A model generated the notes under the pieces. That model searched no databases. It had not been told where the DNA came from and was given only the letters and a program-made list of their open reading frames with translations. DNA of 64,000 nt from Parcubacteria group bacterium M6-OD1-1 (GTDB lineage: Bacteria > Patescibacteriota > Minisyncoccia > GWC2-36-17 > M10-OD1-4): assembly GCA_003056085.1 (NCBI GenBank), contig LSNK01000001.1:152729-216728 (forward strand). Reading direction: 5' to 3'. Within the stretch, counting starts at the first letter, position 1. Every line of letters starts with the position of its first letter. Below, piece by piece: positions 28,609 to 39,790 of the stretch. A program made the position numbers and the translations under genes.

Positions 28609-29143
28609 GTTTAAATTTCTCTTTAAGCATTTTTAAATGCATATTCCAAGAATTTTCGTATAATTTAATTTCCTTCTCCGGTTTCTCATCAAATGGCAAA
28701 ATTTCCGGCAACTTTAAAGAAATCTCCTTTATTACAAATTTAGCATGATTAGAAATAAAATTATTTATATATTTTGATATTTTATTTTTCTTTATTTTTT
28801 CATCTGCAACAGGATCTCCAATATGGAAAATAAACGACTTGCGCCTTAAAAGAAAAATCAAGCCAACAGGCAATTCAACAGATGCCCCATTTTCAGAATA
28901 AATAAGATCCGCATCTTTTGAAGCTCGTAAAAGCGAATAGAAAAAACTTAACAAACGCAAAGGCAATAAACGATTTTTGTTTATACAAATAAAAGAAACT
29001 CCTGAAATTTTTTCCGGCAATCGCCCATACATAATGACCGTTAGCTCATGCTCTCCGGCTAATCTTTTTGTCAGCTCTTTTATATAAATTGCCGGACCGC
29101 CTATTTCCGGTGGATATATTGGTGTTGTTATTATTATTCTCAT
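28595..29143 (-). CDS. GT4 glycosyltransferase N-terminal-domain protein (no C-terminal catalytic half)
   Basis: IITTPIYPPEIGGPAIYIKEL start typical of GT4 N-domains. Only 182 aa. 14-bp overlap with the downstream kinase-like gene. Confidence 0.45.
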   Translation of the reverse strand: MRIIITTPIYPPEIGGPAIYIKELTKRLAGEHELTVIMYGRLPEKISGVSFICINKNRLLPLRLLSFFYSLLRASKDADLIYSENGASVELPVGLIFLLRRKSFIFHIGDPVADEKIKKNKISKYINNFISNHAKFVIKEISLKLPEILPFDEKPEKEIKLYENSWNMHLKMLKEKFKHATK

Positions 29144-29306
29144 ACAGGCAGTTTATCACAAAACAGACAAACAGCTCAATTAAAAAAACAGCAAAAGATA
29201 TGCGAGAAAAAGTGTTTAAAAAACTTCTTTCTTGATTTGACAATCTATTAAAAATATAGTATATTTTGATTAAAGTTTTAATGGTTCAAAAATAAGGAGG
29301 CGTGAC

Positions 29307-29603
29307 ATGAAGCTGTATATTAACAAACTAATTCCATTTTGTTTGAAATATTTTTTAACCTGGAAATACTCCCTCCTTGCTCCGTATATGCAAGGACTTA
29401 TGGTGCAGGCTAAATTTTTGTACAAGCAGTCTGACCTTTTTAAAACCCGGTATCAAATCTTTGGGATTGAATTTGCCGAGCAGACATTTGAACAAAATGT
29501 GTTTTATTTTTTTCAAAAAGCAAAACAAGAGCCGTTTATTATAAGAGCAAAAATATTTTTTGATGCCACATTGGGCAAAGCCCCGAAACCCTACTACATG
29601 TAG
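29307..29603 (+). CDS. hypothetical protein
   Basis: ORF only. Confidence 0.3.
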   Translation: MKLYINKLIPFCLKYFLTWKYSLLAPYMQGLMVQAKFLYKQSDLFKTRYQIFGIEFAEQTFEQNVFYFFQKAKQEPFIIRAKIFFDATLGKAPKPYYM

Positions 29604-29711
29604 GGTTTTTTAAATTTTCACTTAAAACAGGCAGAGATTGCAAAAACTTGAGTTTTTTTGTCAAAAAAGCTATTATTCTAAGGGTATATTGGATATATCC
29701 TTATTAATCAC

Positions 29712-32384
29712 ATGACTACTAAAACAAAAAAAATAAATAGCAAAAAATCTCAGCTTCAAACAACTTACGAACCAAAAAAAGTTGAGGATAAAATATATAA
29801 AACATGGGAAAAATCAGGATATTTTAATCCTGATAAACTTCCTGACAAAAAATCCAGAAAAAAATCGTACTTCATACCGATGCCGCCTCCAAATGCCACA
29901 GGAATATTGCACTTGGGGCACTCTCTTATGCTTGCCATACAAGATGCCCAAGTGAGATTTCACAGAATGCGCGGAGAAAAAACTCTTTGGATTCCGGGCA
30001 CAGACCACGCCTCTATCGCCACTCAAAATGTAGTTGAAAAACTCCTTTTAAAAAAAGGTGTAACCAAAGAGGACTTGGGACGGGTTAATTTTTTAAAAGA
30101 AGTTGATAAATTTGTAAAAGACTCAAAAAACACCATAAAGACTCAAATAAAAAAAATGGGGTCATCTTGCGACTGGTCTCGCGAAAGATACACATTGGAT
30201 GCGGGAATGACGGAAGCCGTACAAACTATTTTTGTAAATATGTACAATGACGGCTTAATCTACAAAGGATGGAGAATGGTCAACTGGTGCCCAAGATGCG
30301 TTTCCACTTTGGCGGATGATGAAGTTGACCATAAAGAAATAGAAGGAAATTTGTATTATATAAAATACCCCATTAAAGATGGCGGATTTTTGATTGTTGC
30401 AACAACCCGCCCGGAAACAATGCTTGGTGACACAGCCTTGGTGGTTAACCCAAAAGACAAAAAGTATCTTGATTTTATAGGCAAAATATCTCAAGTGCCG
30501 CTAACTCAACGTGAAATTCCGGTTCTTTCCGACTCTTATGTTGAAATGGAGTTTGGAACAGGGGTTTTAAAAGTCACACCTGGACACGACCCCAATGATT
30601 TTGCCTTGGGCAAAAAACACAAGCTTGATGTTATAGATATTTTTGATGACATGGGAAAAATTTCTGACAAAGCTTCCGAGTATCATAATTTTGCAAAATA
30701 CAAAGGACTTGATAGATTTGAAGCAAGAAAAAAAATTATAGATGATCTTAAAAAAGAAGGAAGCCTTGTTAAGATAGAGCCTCACAAACATAATGTTGGG
30801 CATTGCTACAGATGCAAAACAATAATTGAGCCTAAAATTTCCGAGCAATGGTTTGTTTCTGTAAATAAAAAAATACGGGGAGGAAAATCTCTAAAACAAA
30901 AAGCTATTTTGGCTGTAAAAGATAAGAAAATAGAGATCATCCCGGAAAAATTCAATAAAACATATTTCAATTGGATGAACAACCTTCATGATTGGTGTAT
31001 TTCAAGACAAATTTGGTTTGGTCACAGGCTTCCTGTCTACTATTGCGGTGACTGTGAAAATACAATGGTTCAAATAAAAAGACCAAAACAATGCGCAAAA
31101 TGCAAGTCTAAAAAAATAAAGCAAGACACAAGCACCTTAGACACATGGTTCTCTTCCGGACTTTGGACTTTTTCAACTTTAGGATGGCCGAAAAAAACAA
31201 AAGATTTAAAAGAATTTCATCCGGCGTCTTTGATGGAAACCGGCTATGACATCATATTTTTTTGGGTCGCAAGAATGATAATTATGTCTGAATACGCGCT
31301 CAAAACCATTCCCTTTAAAAAAGTTTATTTACATGGACTTGTATTGGATAAAAAAGGCATCAAAATGTCAAAGTCAATCGGTAATGTCATTAACCCTTTA
31401 AAAATGTCAGAAAAATATGGAGCTGATGCAACAAGACTTTCTTTAATTATAGGAAACTCGCCAGGAAACAACTTGAAGCTTTCTGAAGAAAAAATAGCAA
31501 GTTTTAGAAATTTTTCAAATAAAATATGGAATATTTCAAGATATATTATTTTAAATAAAAAAGACAAAAAACCAGCTTCCAAAAAATTAACACTTCCCGA
31601 CAAATGGATATTAAAAAAATTAGAAAATCTCACCAAAGATGTAACGCAGCATTATGAAAAAATAGAACTTTCCCTTGCGGGAGAAAAGCTTCGCGAATTT
31701 ATTTGGGGGGATCTTGCAGACTGGTACTTGGAGATATCAAAAACTCAAGAAAAAGATGTTTTAAACCAAGTTTTAAAACAAGTTTTGATTTTATCCCACC
31801 CGCTTCTTCCTTTTTTAACCGAATACATTTGGGAAACGGCAGAATTTAAAAAAGGACCGAAAAAACTTTTAATGGTGGAGCCTTGGCCTGCCATCACTAA
31901 AGCCTCAAAAAATAAACCCGCTCAGGTGGAAAAAGAATTTGAAATGCTAAAAAGCATCATTACTTCCATAAGAAATGTACGAGCGGAATATAAAATTGAA
32001 CCAAAACAAAAAATATCCGCTGTAATTTATTCAAAAGAAGAGAAAATTCTAACCTCCGTGAAACCGGCTATTGAATTTCTTTCCGGACTATCTCATGTTA
32101 CAATAAAAAAAACGGGAGAAAAGCCTGAAAATTCCTCTGAAATAATACTCAAAAAAGCTTCTATTTATATACCTATGGGAGATTTAACCAACAAAGAAAA
32201 AGAAGTTGAAAGAATACAAAAAGAACTCAAAAATGCTAAAGATTATAAATTGGTTATACAAAAAAAACTTGAAAATGAAAACTTTATAAAAAGAGCTCCG
32301 GAAAATATAGTAAAAGAAGAACAAAAAAAACTAAAAGAACAAAATATGTTAATAAAAAAATTAGAAGAAAAATTAAAACTATGA
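29712..32384 (+). CDS. valS: valine--tRNA ligase
   Basis: PPPNATGILHLGH (HIGH motif), KMSKS motif, 890 aa and a C-terminal coiled-coil arm. Confidence 0.9.
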   Translation: MTTKTKKINSKKSQLQTTYEPKKVEDKIYKTWEKSGYFNPDKLPDKKSRKKSYFIPMPPPNATGILHLGHSLMLAIQDAQVRFHRMRGEKTLWIPGTDHASIATQNVVEKLLLKKGVTKEDLGRVNFLKEVDKFVKDSKNTIKTQIKKMGSSCDWSRERYTLDAGMTEAVQTIFVNMYNDGLIYKGWRMVNWCPRCVSTLADDEVDHKEIEGNLYYIKYPIKDGGFLIVATTRPETMLGDTALVVNPKDKKYLDFIGKISQVPLTQREIPVLSDSYVEMEFGTGVLKVTPGHDPNDFALGKKHKLDVIDIFDDMGKISDKASEYHNFAKYKGLDRFEARKKIIDDLKKEGSLVKIEPHKHNVGHCYRCKTIIEPKISEQWFVSVNKKIRGGKSLKQKAILAVKDKKIEIIPEKFNKTYFNWMNNLHDWCISRQIWFGHRLPVYYCGDCENTMVQIKRPKQCAKCKSKKIKQDTSTLDTWFSSGLWTFSTLGWPKKTKDLKEFHPASLMETGYDIIFFWVARMIIMSEYALKTIPFKKVYLHGLVLDKKGIKMSKSIGNVINPLKMSEKYGADATRLSLIIGNSPGNNLKLSEEKIASFRNFSNKIWNISRYIILNKKDKKPASKKLTLPDKWILKKLENLTKDVTQHYEKIELSLAGEKLREFIWGDLADWYLEISKTQEKDVLNQVLKQVLILSHPLLPFLTEYIWETAEFKKGPKKLLMVEPWPAITKASKNKPAQVEKEFEMLKSIITSIRNVRAEYKIEPKQKISAVIYSKEEKILTSVKPAIEFLSGLSHVTIKKTGEKPENSSEIILKKASIYIPMGDLTNKEKEVERIQKELKNAKDYKLVIQKKLENENFIKRAPENIVKEEQKKLKEQNMLIKKLEEKLKL

Positions 32385-32424
32385 AATAATTACAAAATAA
32401 TTTTGTAATTATTTCTATTTTAAA

Positions 32425-33195
32425 ATGCTTGAACAAATACAATATTTTTCTTTTTTAATATTTGTCGGAACTATTCCAAGTTTGATTTGGCTTTTTTATT
32501 ACCTTAAAAAAGACGAACATAAAGAACCGAACAAAACGTTAATTCAAATATTTCTCCTTGGGGCTCTGTCTACAGTTTGGGCGCTGCTTCTTGAAGCTTT
32601 GTTTTTGAAAGGGCTTGAAGCTGTCGGTATTGAATGTTTAGGGTGTGAAGGCTTAATACCCGACTTTCTCGGCGCAGTTAATTTTCAAATATTAAGCGCA
32701 TTGTCTTTTGTGATATTTCTTGGGCTTGCTTTTATAGAAGAAGCTTCTAAGTATCTTATTGTTAAATTCAGGATTTTAAAGGACAAGGCTTTTGACGAGC
32801 CTGTGGATGCAATGATATACTTAGTTGTAGGAGCATTAGGGTTTGCAGCGGCAGAAAACATAGGCTACATCATAGCCGCTAACCCAGAGGATGTTCTTGG
32901 AGTATTATACCTCAGATTTTTTACAGCAACCTTCCTTCATGCTTTAACATCTGCTATTGTCGGATACTTTTTTGCTCTTTCTATTATTCACAAAAGAAAC
33001 CATTTTATTTTTATAACAAGCGGAATACTGCTTGCAACTTTAGCTCATGCTTTATTTAATCTGCTTGTAACCTTAATGGAAAATTCTGACTTTTCGTTTT
33101 TATACTTAGTAGTGCTTATGATATTCCTATTTGAGTCAGTATCGTATCTTTTCAGAAGAATAAAAAAAATACATTACAATATGCAAAATCAATAA
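32425..33195 (+). CDS. PrsW-family intramembrane protease-like protein
   Basis: EExxK (EEASK), FxxxH and HxxxN (HALFN) motifs in a polytopic membrane protein. Confidence 0.5.
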   Translation: MLEQIQYFSFLIFVGTIPSLIWLFYYLKKDEHKEPNKTLIQIFLLGALSTVWALLLEALFLKGLEAVGIECLGCEGLIPDFLGAVNFQILSALSFVIFLGLAFIEEASKYLIVKFRILKDKAFDEPVDAMIYLVVGALGFAAAENIGYIIAANPEDVLGVLYLRFFTATFLHALTSAIVGYFFALSIIHKRNHFIFITSGILLATLAHALFNLLVTLMENSDFSFLYLVVLMIFLFESVSYLFRRIKKIHYNMQNQ

Positions 33196-33216
33196 ATAAT
33201 AATTTAAACTAAAAAT

Positions 33217-33765
33217 ATGAGTATAAAACCATCTTTTTTTGAAAAAATAACAGGAACTAAAAGCGTTCAGAGAGAACCGAGAATCACTCAATCCCAGCTA
33301 AGAAGACCTCAGAGACCTCCTGCACAAGAACCGCCTCAAGAGAAAATAACAAGAGACGTACAAATTCAAGAAGAAACTCCAAAAAAAGAAACTCCTAATT
33401 TAGAAAAAAGAAAAAAAGAATTCCTTTCAGAAGCAGAAGGTCAGTTGGTTTTAGATGTTTATCAAGACGATGGAAATATAATAGTAAAATCAACTCTTGC
33501 AGGAGTAAAGCCTGAAGACATAGACATAACTATCACAAATGACATGCTGTCCATTAAAGGCGCTCGAGAAAAAGAAGAAAATATTGAAGAGGATAACTAT
33601 TACTATCAAGAATGTTACTGGGGAGCATTTTCAAGATCAGTTATTTTGCCAACAGAAGTAGAAGCAGACAGAATACAAGCATCAATCAAAAATGGAGTAT
33701 TAACTATAGTTCTTCCTAAAGCCGAAAAAGTAAAAACTAAGAAAATATCAGTAATAGAACAGTAA
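33217..33765 (+). CDS. Hsp20/alpha-crystallin small heat-shock protein
   Basis: Alpha-crystallin domain blocks (VKPEDIDITI, GVLTIVLPK) after a low-complexity N-terminus. Confidence 0.8.
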   Translation: MSIKPSFFEKITGTKSVQREPRITQSQLRRPQRPPAQEPPQEKITRDVQIQEETPKKETPNLEKRKKEFLSEAEGQLVLDVYQDDGNIIVKSTLAGVKPEDIDITITNDMLSIKGAREKEENIEEDNYYYQECYWGAFSRSVILPTEVEADRIQASIKNGVLTIVLPKAEKVKTKKISVIEQ

Positions 33766-33784
33766 ACACCCCAACCTTAACCTT

Positions 33785-33818
33785 AAAAAACACCGCATTT
33801 TGAATACGGTGTTTTTTA
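33785..33818. terminator. bidirectional terminator between the convergent Hsp20 and clpB genes
   Basis: aaaaaacaccg-loop-cggtgtttttt. Confidence 0.55.
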
Positions 33819-33851
33819 ATTCTTAAATTTGATATATTTTTTTATTGTCAG

Positions 33852-36440
33852 TTACATCGTTTTAAATGTCATTTTTCCATTTTTTGCGCTGATAAGAACC
33901 TTGTCACCGTCTTTTATTTTTCCATCTATGATATAAAGCGCAAGTTCATCATAAATCAACCGTTGTATCGCCCTTTTAAGAGGCCTCGCTCCGTACGCAG
34001 GATCATAGCCCTCCTCTACTAAAAGTTTTTTTGCGGGATCATCAATTGTAACAGTTATATTTTTCTCTTCTTTAAGCAAAAGTATTACTTCTTCAAGTTG
34101 AATATCAACAATCTTCAATAATTGCTCTTTTGTAATACGGTGAAATACGATTATATCATCAATACGGTTAAGAAATTCCGGACGGAAATGTTTATTTACA
34201 ATCCCCAGGACTTCCTTTTGTAATTTATCTTCATCTTTACCATCCCATTCAGAAATAATATCACCTCCAAGGTTTGAGGTCATTATTATTATGGTATTAC
34301 TAAAATCAACCGTCCTGCCTTGACTGTCAGTCAACCTGCCATCATCAAGAACCTGAAGCAATATATCAAATACATCCGGATGCGCCTTCTCAACTTCATC
34401 AAGCAATACAACAGAATAAGGTCTTCTGCGCACCGGCTCCGTTAGTTGCCCAGCCTCTTCATATCCCACATATCCCGGAGGCGCTCCGATAAGGCGGCTT
34501 GTTGAAAATTTTTCCATATACTCACTCATATCAATCCGAACCATAGCGTTTTTATCATCAAACAAAATATCTGCCAATGCGCGAACAAGTTCGGTTTTCC
34601 CTACACCTGTGGGGCCCAGAAATAAAAATGACCCGATTGGACGATTTCCGGACTTTAAACCGGCTCGAGAACGCCTTATAGCACGAGCGACGCCGGAAAC
34701 AGCCTCTTCTTGTCCAACGACACGCTTTTGCAACTCATCTTCCATATGCGACAATTTATCTACTTCTGTTTGCAGCAATTTTGTAATGGGAACTCCGGTC
34801 CACTTTGCTACAACTCTTGCGATATCTTCTTCCGTTACTTCTTCGCGAATAATTCTTTCTTTCTCCGGTATTTTGTCTAATTCTTTTTTTGCTTTTTTTA
34901 TCTCTTCTTCAATCTTAGGTATTTCACTGTATTGAATTTTTGCAGCCTCTTCATACAAACCTTCTCTTTGAGCAGACTCCTGCTTTGTTTTTAATTTTTC
35001 TATCTCGCTTGCAAGATTTCGCGCTTTTTCAACAAGGGCGCGCTCTTTTTCCCAACGTGTCTTTTTTGCATCAAGTTTTTCTTTCAGTGTTGCTATCTGC
35101 TGTTTTATTTCTTTTATTCTTTTTTTGCTTTTTAGATCTTTCTCTTTTTTTAAAGCTTCTTTTTCTATTTCAAATTGCATGATTTGCCTATGCAAAACAT
35201 CCATATCCGTAGGCATACTTTCTATTTCCATTTTAAGCGACGAAGTCGCCTCATCTATCAAGTCTATCGCTTTATCAGGAGAAAACCTGTCTGTAATATA
35301 TCTATCAGATAAACGCGCCGCCGCAACAATCGCAGAGTCAGTAATACGAACACCATGATGTATCTCATATTTTTCTTTCAGTCCGCGCAGTATTGCAATG
35401 GTAGCATCAAGGTCGGGCTCACCGACAAATACCGGCTGAAAACGCCTTTCTAAAGCTGCATCTTTTTCAATATACTTACGATACTCATTTAAAGTTGTCG
35501 CTCCTATCATATGAAGTTTGCCACGCGCCAAAAGAGGCTTTATCATATTTGCCGCATCCACCGCACCTTCTCCCCCGCCCGCATTAACAATAGTGTGCAA
35601 TTCATCTATAAATAAAATAATCCTTCCTTGCGCATCTTCAACTTCTTTGAGAACGGCTTTTAAGCGCTCTTCAAATTCTCCGCGAAATTTTGCGCCTGCA
35701 AGCAAAGACCCTATCTCAAGATTGATAAGTTTTTTATTTTTTAACGACTCCGGAACATCACCATTTATTATTCTCTGCGCTAATCCCTCTACTATTGCGG
35801 TCTTGCCAACGCCCGGATCACCGATTAACACAGGATTGTTCTTTGTGCGCCGTGACAACACTTGCATAACTCTTCGTATCTCTTCGTCACGACCAATAAC
35901 AGGATCTAACTCACCCTTTTTTGCAAGCGCTGTAAAATCTACTCCATATTTTTCCAAAACCTTGTATTTTGATTCCGGATTTGTATCTGTTACTTTCATA
36001 TTTCCTCTAATATTGGCTAAATTATTAACAATATTCTGTTTATTGATTCCATTTCTATCCAAAATTATCCCAGCCGTACCAGTTGTAGAACATATGGCAA
36101 TAAGCAAATGTTCTGTGCTTACATATTCATCTCCGAGTTCTTTTGTCTGTTTTTGCGAATCCTCCAAGACTTGCGCAAGCTCAGGAGTTATTCTGGGCAT
36201 CTCTTGACTTGCTAATACAGGTAATGCTGCAACTGCTTCTTTAACTTCTTTTTTTATGCTTTCAGCAGAAACGTCCAAACTTTCTATTAACGGCAACACC
36301 GCCGTATCTTCTTGCGATAAAAGCGCAAATAACAAATGTATCACATCCACTGTGCTGTTTTTATTGCTCCTTGAAAACTCAATAGCACTTTCAATTGCCT
36401 CTTTGGATTTATCTGTAAATTTTTCTAAATCAAATGCCAT
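33852..36440 (-). CDS. clpB: ATP-dependent chaperone ClpB
   Basis: Two AAA+ modules (GDPGVGKT and GPTGVGKT Walker A) and a long coiled-coil middle domain. 862 aa. Confidence 0.9.
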   Translation of the reverse strand: MAFDLEKFTDKSKEAIESAIEFSRSNKNSTVDVIHLLFALLSQEDTAVLPLIESLDVSAESIKKEVKEAVAALPVLASQEMPRITPELAQVLEDSQKQTKELGDEYVSTEHLLIAICSTTGTAGIILDRNGINKQNIVNNLANIRGNMKVTDTNPESKYKVLEKYGVDFTALAKKGELDPVIGRDEEIRRVMQVLSRRTKNNPVLIGDPGVGKTAIVEGLAQRIINGDVPESLKNKKLINLEIGSLLAGAKFRGEFEERLKAVLKEVEDAQGRIILFIDELHTIVNAGGGEGAVDAANMIKPLLARGKLHMIGATTLNEYRKYIEKDAALERRFQPVFVGEPDLDATIAILRGLKEKYEIHHGVRITDSAIVAAARLSDRYITDRFSPDKAIDLIDEATSSLKMEIESMPTDMDVLHRQIMQFEIEKEALKKEKDLKSKKRIKEIKQQIATLKEKLDAKKTRWEKERALVEKARNLASEIEKLKTKQESAQREGLYEEAAKIQYSEIPKIEEEIKKAKKELDKIPEKERIIREEVTEEDIARVVAKWTGVPITKLLQTEVDKLSHMEDELQKRVVGQEEAVSGVARAIRRSRAGLKSGNRPIGSFLFLGPTGVGKTELVRALADILFDDKNAMVRIDMSEYMEKFSTSRLIGAPPGYVGYEEAGQLTEPVRRRPYSVVLLDEVEKAHPDVFDILLQVLDDGRLTDSQGRTVDFSNTIIIMTSNLGGDIISEWDGKDEDKLQKEVLGIVNKHFRPEFLNRIDDIIVFHRITKEQLLKIVDIQLEEVILLLKEEKNITVTIDDPAKKLLVEEGYDPAYGARPLKRAIQRLIYDELALYIIDGKIKDGDKVLISAKNGKMTFKTM

Positions 36441-36571
36441 ATCTAAATTTTATTCCTCTTTTTTATTTTTTGCAATAACCTGAAACACTGTTCGTGTTAT
36501 TTACTTAAAAAAACCAAATTTAAAATGTTCAGCAAAAAAAACAAAGTTATGATATAATTTAAAGCACTATA

Positions 36572-38233
36572 ATGCAAAAAATTATTGAAAAAATAGGGTT
36601 TCTCATACTGATAGTTGCAATACTTTCATTTGCATCTTTTTTAGCTTTGGAAATTACTTCATTGGATAAAGTTATTTATGGAGTAAAAATAAACGACCAA
36701 AATATAGGAGGATTTAAAAAATCTGACTTAGAAGTGTTTGTTAAAGATGCTATTAAAAACTACGGAAAAATAACGATAAAATCAGAAAATTTAAAATTAT
36801 CAGCATCATTAAATGAGCTTGGCATTAAAGCAGATATAGATAAAACTATTGATTCTTTATTTTCCATCGGCAGAGAACGAAATATCTTTATGGGAATGAA
36901 ACATCAAATGGCATCATTGCTTTTTGGACGCACTGCCAGCATAAACTTGGCTGTAAATAATGAAACATTTGATAAATATATTTCAGAAAATACAGCAAAA
37001 TTAAATACACCGACGGAAAATGCAAATTTTTCTTATGAAAAAGACAATGTAACTATAAAACCGGAAAGATTAGGCAGAGTTGTAGATAAAAAAATATTGT
37101 TATCCAGTATAATAACATCAGTTTCATCTCTTAAAAAAACCCCTGTGCAAATATCATTTAAAATAGATAATCCAAAAATTTCAAAGAAACTGCTGGAAGA
37201 ACAAAAAGAAAAAGTTGAAAATATATTAAAAAATGCTCCTTATATAATATCGCAAGATGACTCCCAAAAATGGGAAATAGACAAAAGCCAAATAAAAGAC
37301 TGGCTAATTCCAAAAATATCAAACAATAAAGTGGCTTTGTCCTTTGATAAAACCAAAATAAAAAACTTTTTAATCCAAATATCCCCCTCCATAAACAGAG
37401 AACCGCAAGATGCTGTTTTAACGATGAAAGATGGGCGTGCAACAGAATTTCAGCTTTCAAAAAACGGAATTGAACTTGATGTCACGTCAAGCGCTCTAAA
37501 AATAGAATCTGAAATTTTAAAAGGAAATAAAAAAATAATTTTAAAGGTAAATGAAACACTACCGGAAATAAGAACGGACACTATCGAAAATCTTGGCATA
37601 ACTTCTTTGCTTGGAAAAGGTGAATCTGACTTTTCCGGCTCAATACCTTCAAGAATTCACAATATAAAACTTGGAGCGGAAAAACTCAACGGACTGCTTA
37701 TAAAACCCGGGGAAGAATTTTCTTTTGTAAAAAGCATTGGAGACATAAATGCAAAAGAAGGATACAAACCGGCATATGTTATTAAAAATGGAGCGACAAT
37801 TCCTGAATACGGAGGAGGTTTATGCCAAGTTTCAACAACAACATTTCGCGCCGCTATGTGGGCGGGGCTTAAAATAACAGAAAGATTTCCCCACAGCTAC
37901 CCGGTATCGTATTATGACCCGCAAGGTTTTGACGCTGCAATTTACGGACCGCATCCCGACTTAAGATTTGTAAATGACACGCCAAATTATATGCTTATTC
38001 AGTCAAAAATAGTCGGCAATAAACTCTATTTTGAAATATACGGAACGTCTGACGGAAGAAAAGTAAAGATAATAGGACCTGAAGAATACGACAAAAAACC
38101 GGACGGATCACTCAAAGCTCATCTTACAAGAGAAATATACGATAAAGACGGAAAACTTATCACAAAGAAAACATACTATTCAAACTACAAATCGCAAAAA
38201 CTATACCCTGTTAAGAAAAATCCTCTTGAATAA
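36572..38233 (+). CDS. VanW-domain protein
   Basis: GGGLCQVSTT block characteristic of VanW. N-terminal anchor. Confidence 0.65.
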   Translation: MQKIIEKIGFLILIVAILSFASFLALEITSLDKVIYGVKINDQNIGGFKKSDLEVFVKDAIKNYGKITIKSENLKLSASLNELGIKADIDKTIDSLFSIGRERNIFMGMKHQMASLLFGRTASINLAVNNETFDKYISENTAKLNTPTENANFSYEKDNVTIKPERLGRVVDKKILLSSIITSVSSLKKTPVQISFKIDNPKISKKLLEEQKEKVENILKNAPYIISQDDSQKWEIDKSQIKDWLIPKISNNKVALSFDKTKIKNFLIQISPSINREPQDAVLTMKDGRATEFQLSKNGIELDVTSSALKIESEILKGNKKIILKVNETLPEIRTDTIENLGITSLLGKGESDFSGSIPSRIHNIKLGAEKLNGLLIKPGEEFSFVKSIGDINAKEGYKPAYVIKNGATIPEYGGGLCQVSTTTFRAAMWAGLKITERFPHSYPVSYYDPQGFDAAIYGPHPDLRFVNDTPNYMLIQSKIVGNKLYFEIYGTSDGRKVKIIGPEEYDKKPDGSLKAHLTREIYDKDGKLITKKTYYSNYKSQKLYPVKKNPLE

Positions 38234-38284
38234 TTGCCGATTTAGAAAAACCGCTATGCGAATGCACAGCGGTTTTTTTGACTA

Positions 38285-39016
38285 TTATACTCCTATTTTT
38301 AAAAGTTGATCTTTTACGCCATTGGATTCGGCCAGTTCTTTTGCTTTTTTAAGAAAAAGACTGCCGTCTTCCCTGATTTTGTTCATTAGCTTGCCGCAAT
38401 TTTTGTAAATCCTAATTGCTTGGTTTACATCATATTTTTCAACTCCTCCTGCAAGCAAAGCGGCTTTTCTTATGTATTTTTTTGAAAAATTCCATTCGTT
38501 GAGATCTCTCGTATAATTTTCAGCAAGTCCTATATAAAAAAGAGCACAAGTATGCAAAGATATATCCTTCTTTTTAAGCCCGATTCTGATACAACTTACA
38601 GCTTCTCTAAACTTGCCGCATCTTCTGAGAATACTCTGCCTAATATCGCATTTATCTGCCGAAAAATTATGATAACCTCCGGCATACTTAAGCGATTTGT
38701 TTGATAATAGCAACATTCTCAAATAACACCAGCCGCCAAGCGGAAGCCAAGTTACCAAGAAAAAAGGAAGAGTTACAGGCAAAACGAGCAATGCCCACGA
38801 TGACTTAAAAAGCGATTTAAATTTTGCTGCTGTTGTGTCCGCAATAGAATAATAACTGCTGGAAAGAAATGAATAACCATCTGAGTTTTCCATTGTATTT
38901 TTAGATGACAGTTGGTTTGCGACACAATCATGCGAATCCATAAATAAAAAACTTTTATCCCAAAATGAATCTTTGTACCAACTTGATTGATAAGCTGATT
39001 CATAAACAGAAATCAT
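38285..39016 (-). CDS. hypothetical membrane protein
   Basis: ORF with a hydrophobic segment. Confidence 0.35.
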   Translation of the reverse strand: MISVYESAYQSSWYKDSFWDKSFLFMDSHDCVANQLSSKNTMENSDGYSFLSSSYYSIADTTAAKFKSLFKSSWALLVLPVTLPFFLVTWLPLGGWCYLRMLLLSNKSLKYAGGYHNFSADKCDIRQSILRRCGKFREAVSCIRIGLKKKDISLHTCALFYIGLAENYTRDLNEWNFSKKYIRKAALLAGGVEKYDVNQAIRIYKNCGKLMNKIREDGSLFLKKAKELAESNGVKDQLLKIGV

Positions 39017-39237
39017 AATTTTCTCCTCGTTTGTATTTAACTATAAAAGACCTAAAACTTTATGATGCCCACAATAACACACTTTAAAGAAAAATCAAGC
39101 TGTGTATGGTGCATATTAAACCCGCTTGCATCATAAAACAAAAACTGACTAAATATAGTCAATTTTTGTTTTATGTACTGAAATACTAACCTTTGCTCGA
39201 ACCTACTTTGATAAACAATCGCAAAGCGATTGACCTT

Positions 39238-39406
39238 TTCCACGCGCCCCGCGCGGTGGTAGATTCAAACTTTATTTTTCGCTCCGGTAATGCGGATAAA
39301 GAAAGGGAACGCTCCGCGTACTTTCTCTCTCGCTCTCTAGGACGCGAACAACTAACTCATCCGCGCCACTCGCCTCGCTCCGCTACGGCGAGCCCCAAAA
39401 ACAAAA
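39238..39406 (-). ncRNA. candidate structured RNA of unknown class (GC-rich patch)
   Basis: About 170 bp that is far more GC-rich than its surroundings, with no credible ORF. A strong GC hairpin lies at 39238-39259. The minus-strand reading starts GGGGCUCGCC, and minus-sense hairpin/T-run elements follow at 39216-39232 and 39133-39174. The class could not be assigned. Confidence 0.25.
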
Positions 39407-39554
39407 TTTGCCTTTTCCTTTTTCAAAAAAAATTAGGGGACGAAAAAAGGATAAAAACGCAAAGGCAAAATTTTGGTTTTTTGTGGGTTCGCCTTATAGT
39501 ATAATATATCACATTATTTTAATAAAACATAATATAATATAATATATAATATAA

Positions 39555-39788
39555 ATGTTGATAATCAAAAATACATTTATGAATAACAAAGCAGTACAGA
39601 GGTTTGGAAAAAATATGAAGAAAATTCGCGAAGCGAAGAAAATGTCGCAAGGCGATATTTATCGTGCAACAAAGATTGAGCGTGCATACATCAGTAATCT
39701 TGAAGCGGGTAAACAAAACCCCACTCTCGAAACAATGGAGAAAATCGCCAACGCGTTGAGGGTTAAGGTTTCAGATTTAACAAAATAA
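39555..39788 (+). CDS. XRE-family HTH transcriptional regulator
   Basis: MSQGDIYRATKIERAYISNLEAGKQNPTLETMEKIANAL is a classic Cro/C1-type HTH. Confidence 0.6.
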   Translation: MLIIKNTFMNNKAVQRFGKNMKKIREAKKMSQGDIYRATKIERAYISNLEAGKQNPTLETMEKIANALRVKVSDLTK

Positions 39789-39790
39789 GT

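Noticed and set aside
34609-36483. Antisense ORFs inside clpB (e.g. 35518-36207, 229 aa)
   Set aside because: They are opposite-strand ORFs within a confidently identified 862-aa ClpB. They are Ser/Pro/Ile-rich translations of the reverse of AT-rich coding sequence.
39238-39406. Assigning the GC-rich patch as tmRNA or SRP RNA
   Set aside because: The 5' GGGGCUC start is suggestive. However, I could not find a tRNA-like 3' domain, a tag reading frame ending in a typical ...AA codon pair, or the SRP domain-IV GGAAGGAAGCAGC-type motif. It is left unclassified.
39193-39504. ORF 39193-39504 (+), 103 aa
   Set aside because: It spans the GC-rich non-coding patch. The Arg/Ser-rich low-complexity translation is typical of a GC-rich artefact, and there is no ribosome-binding site.
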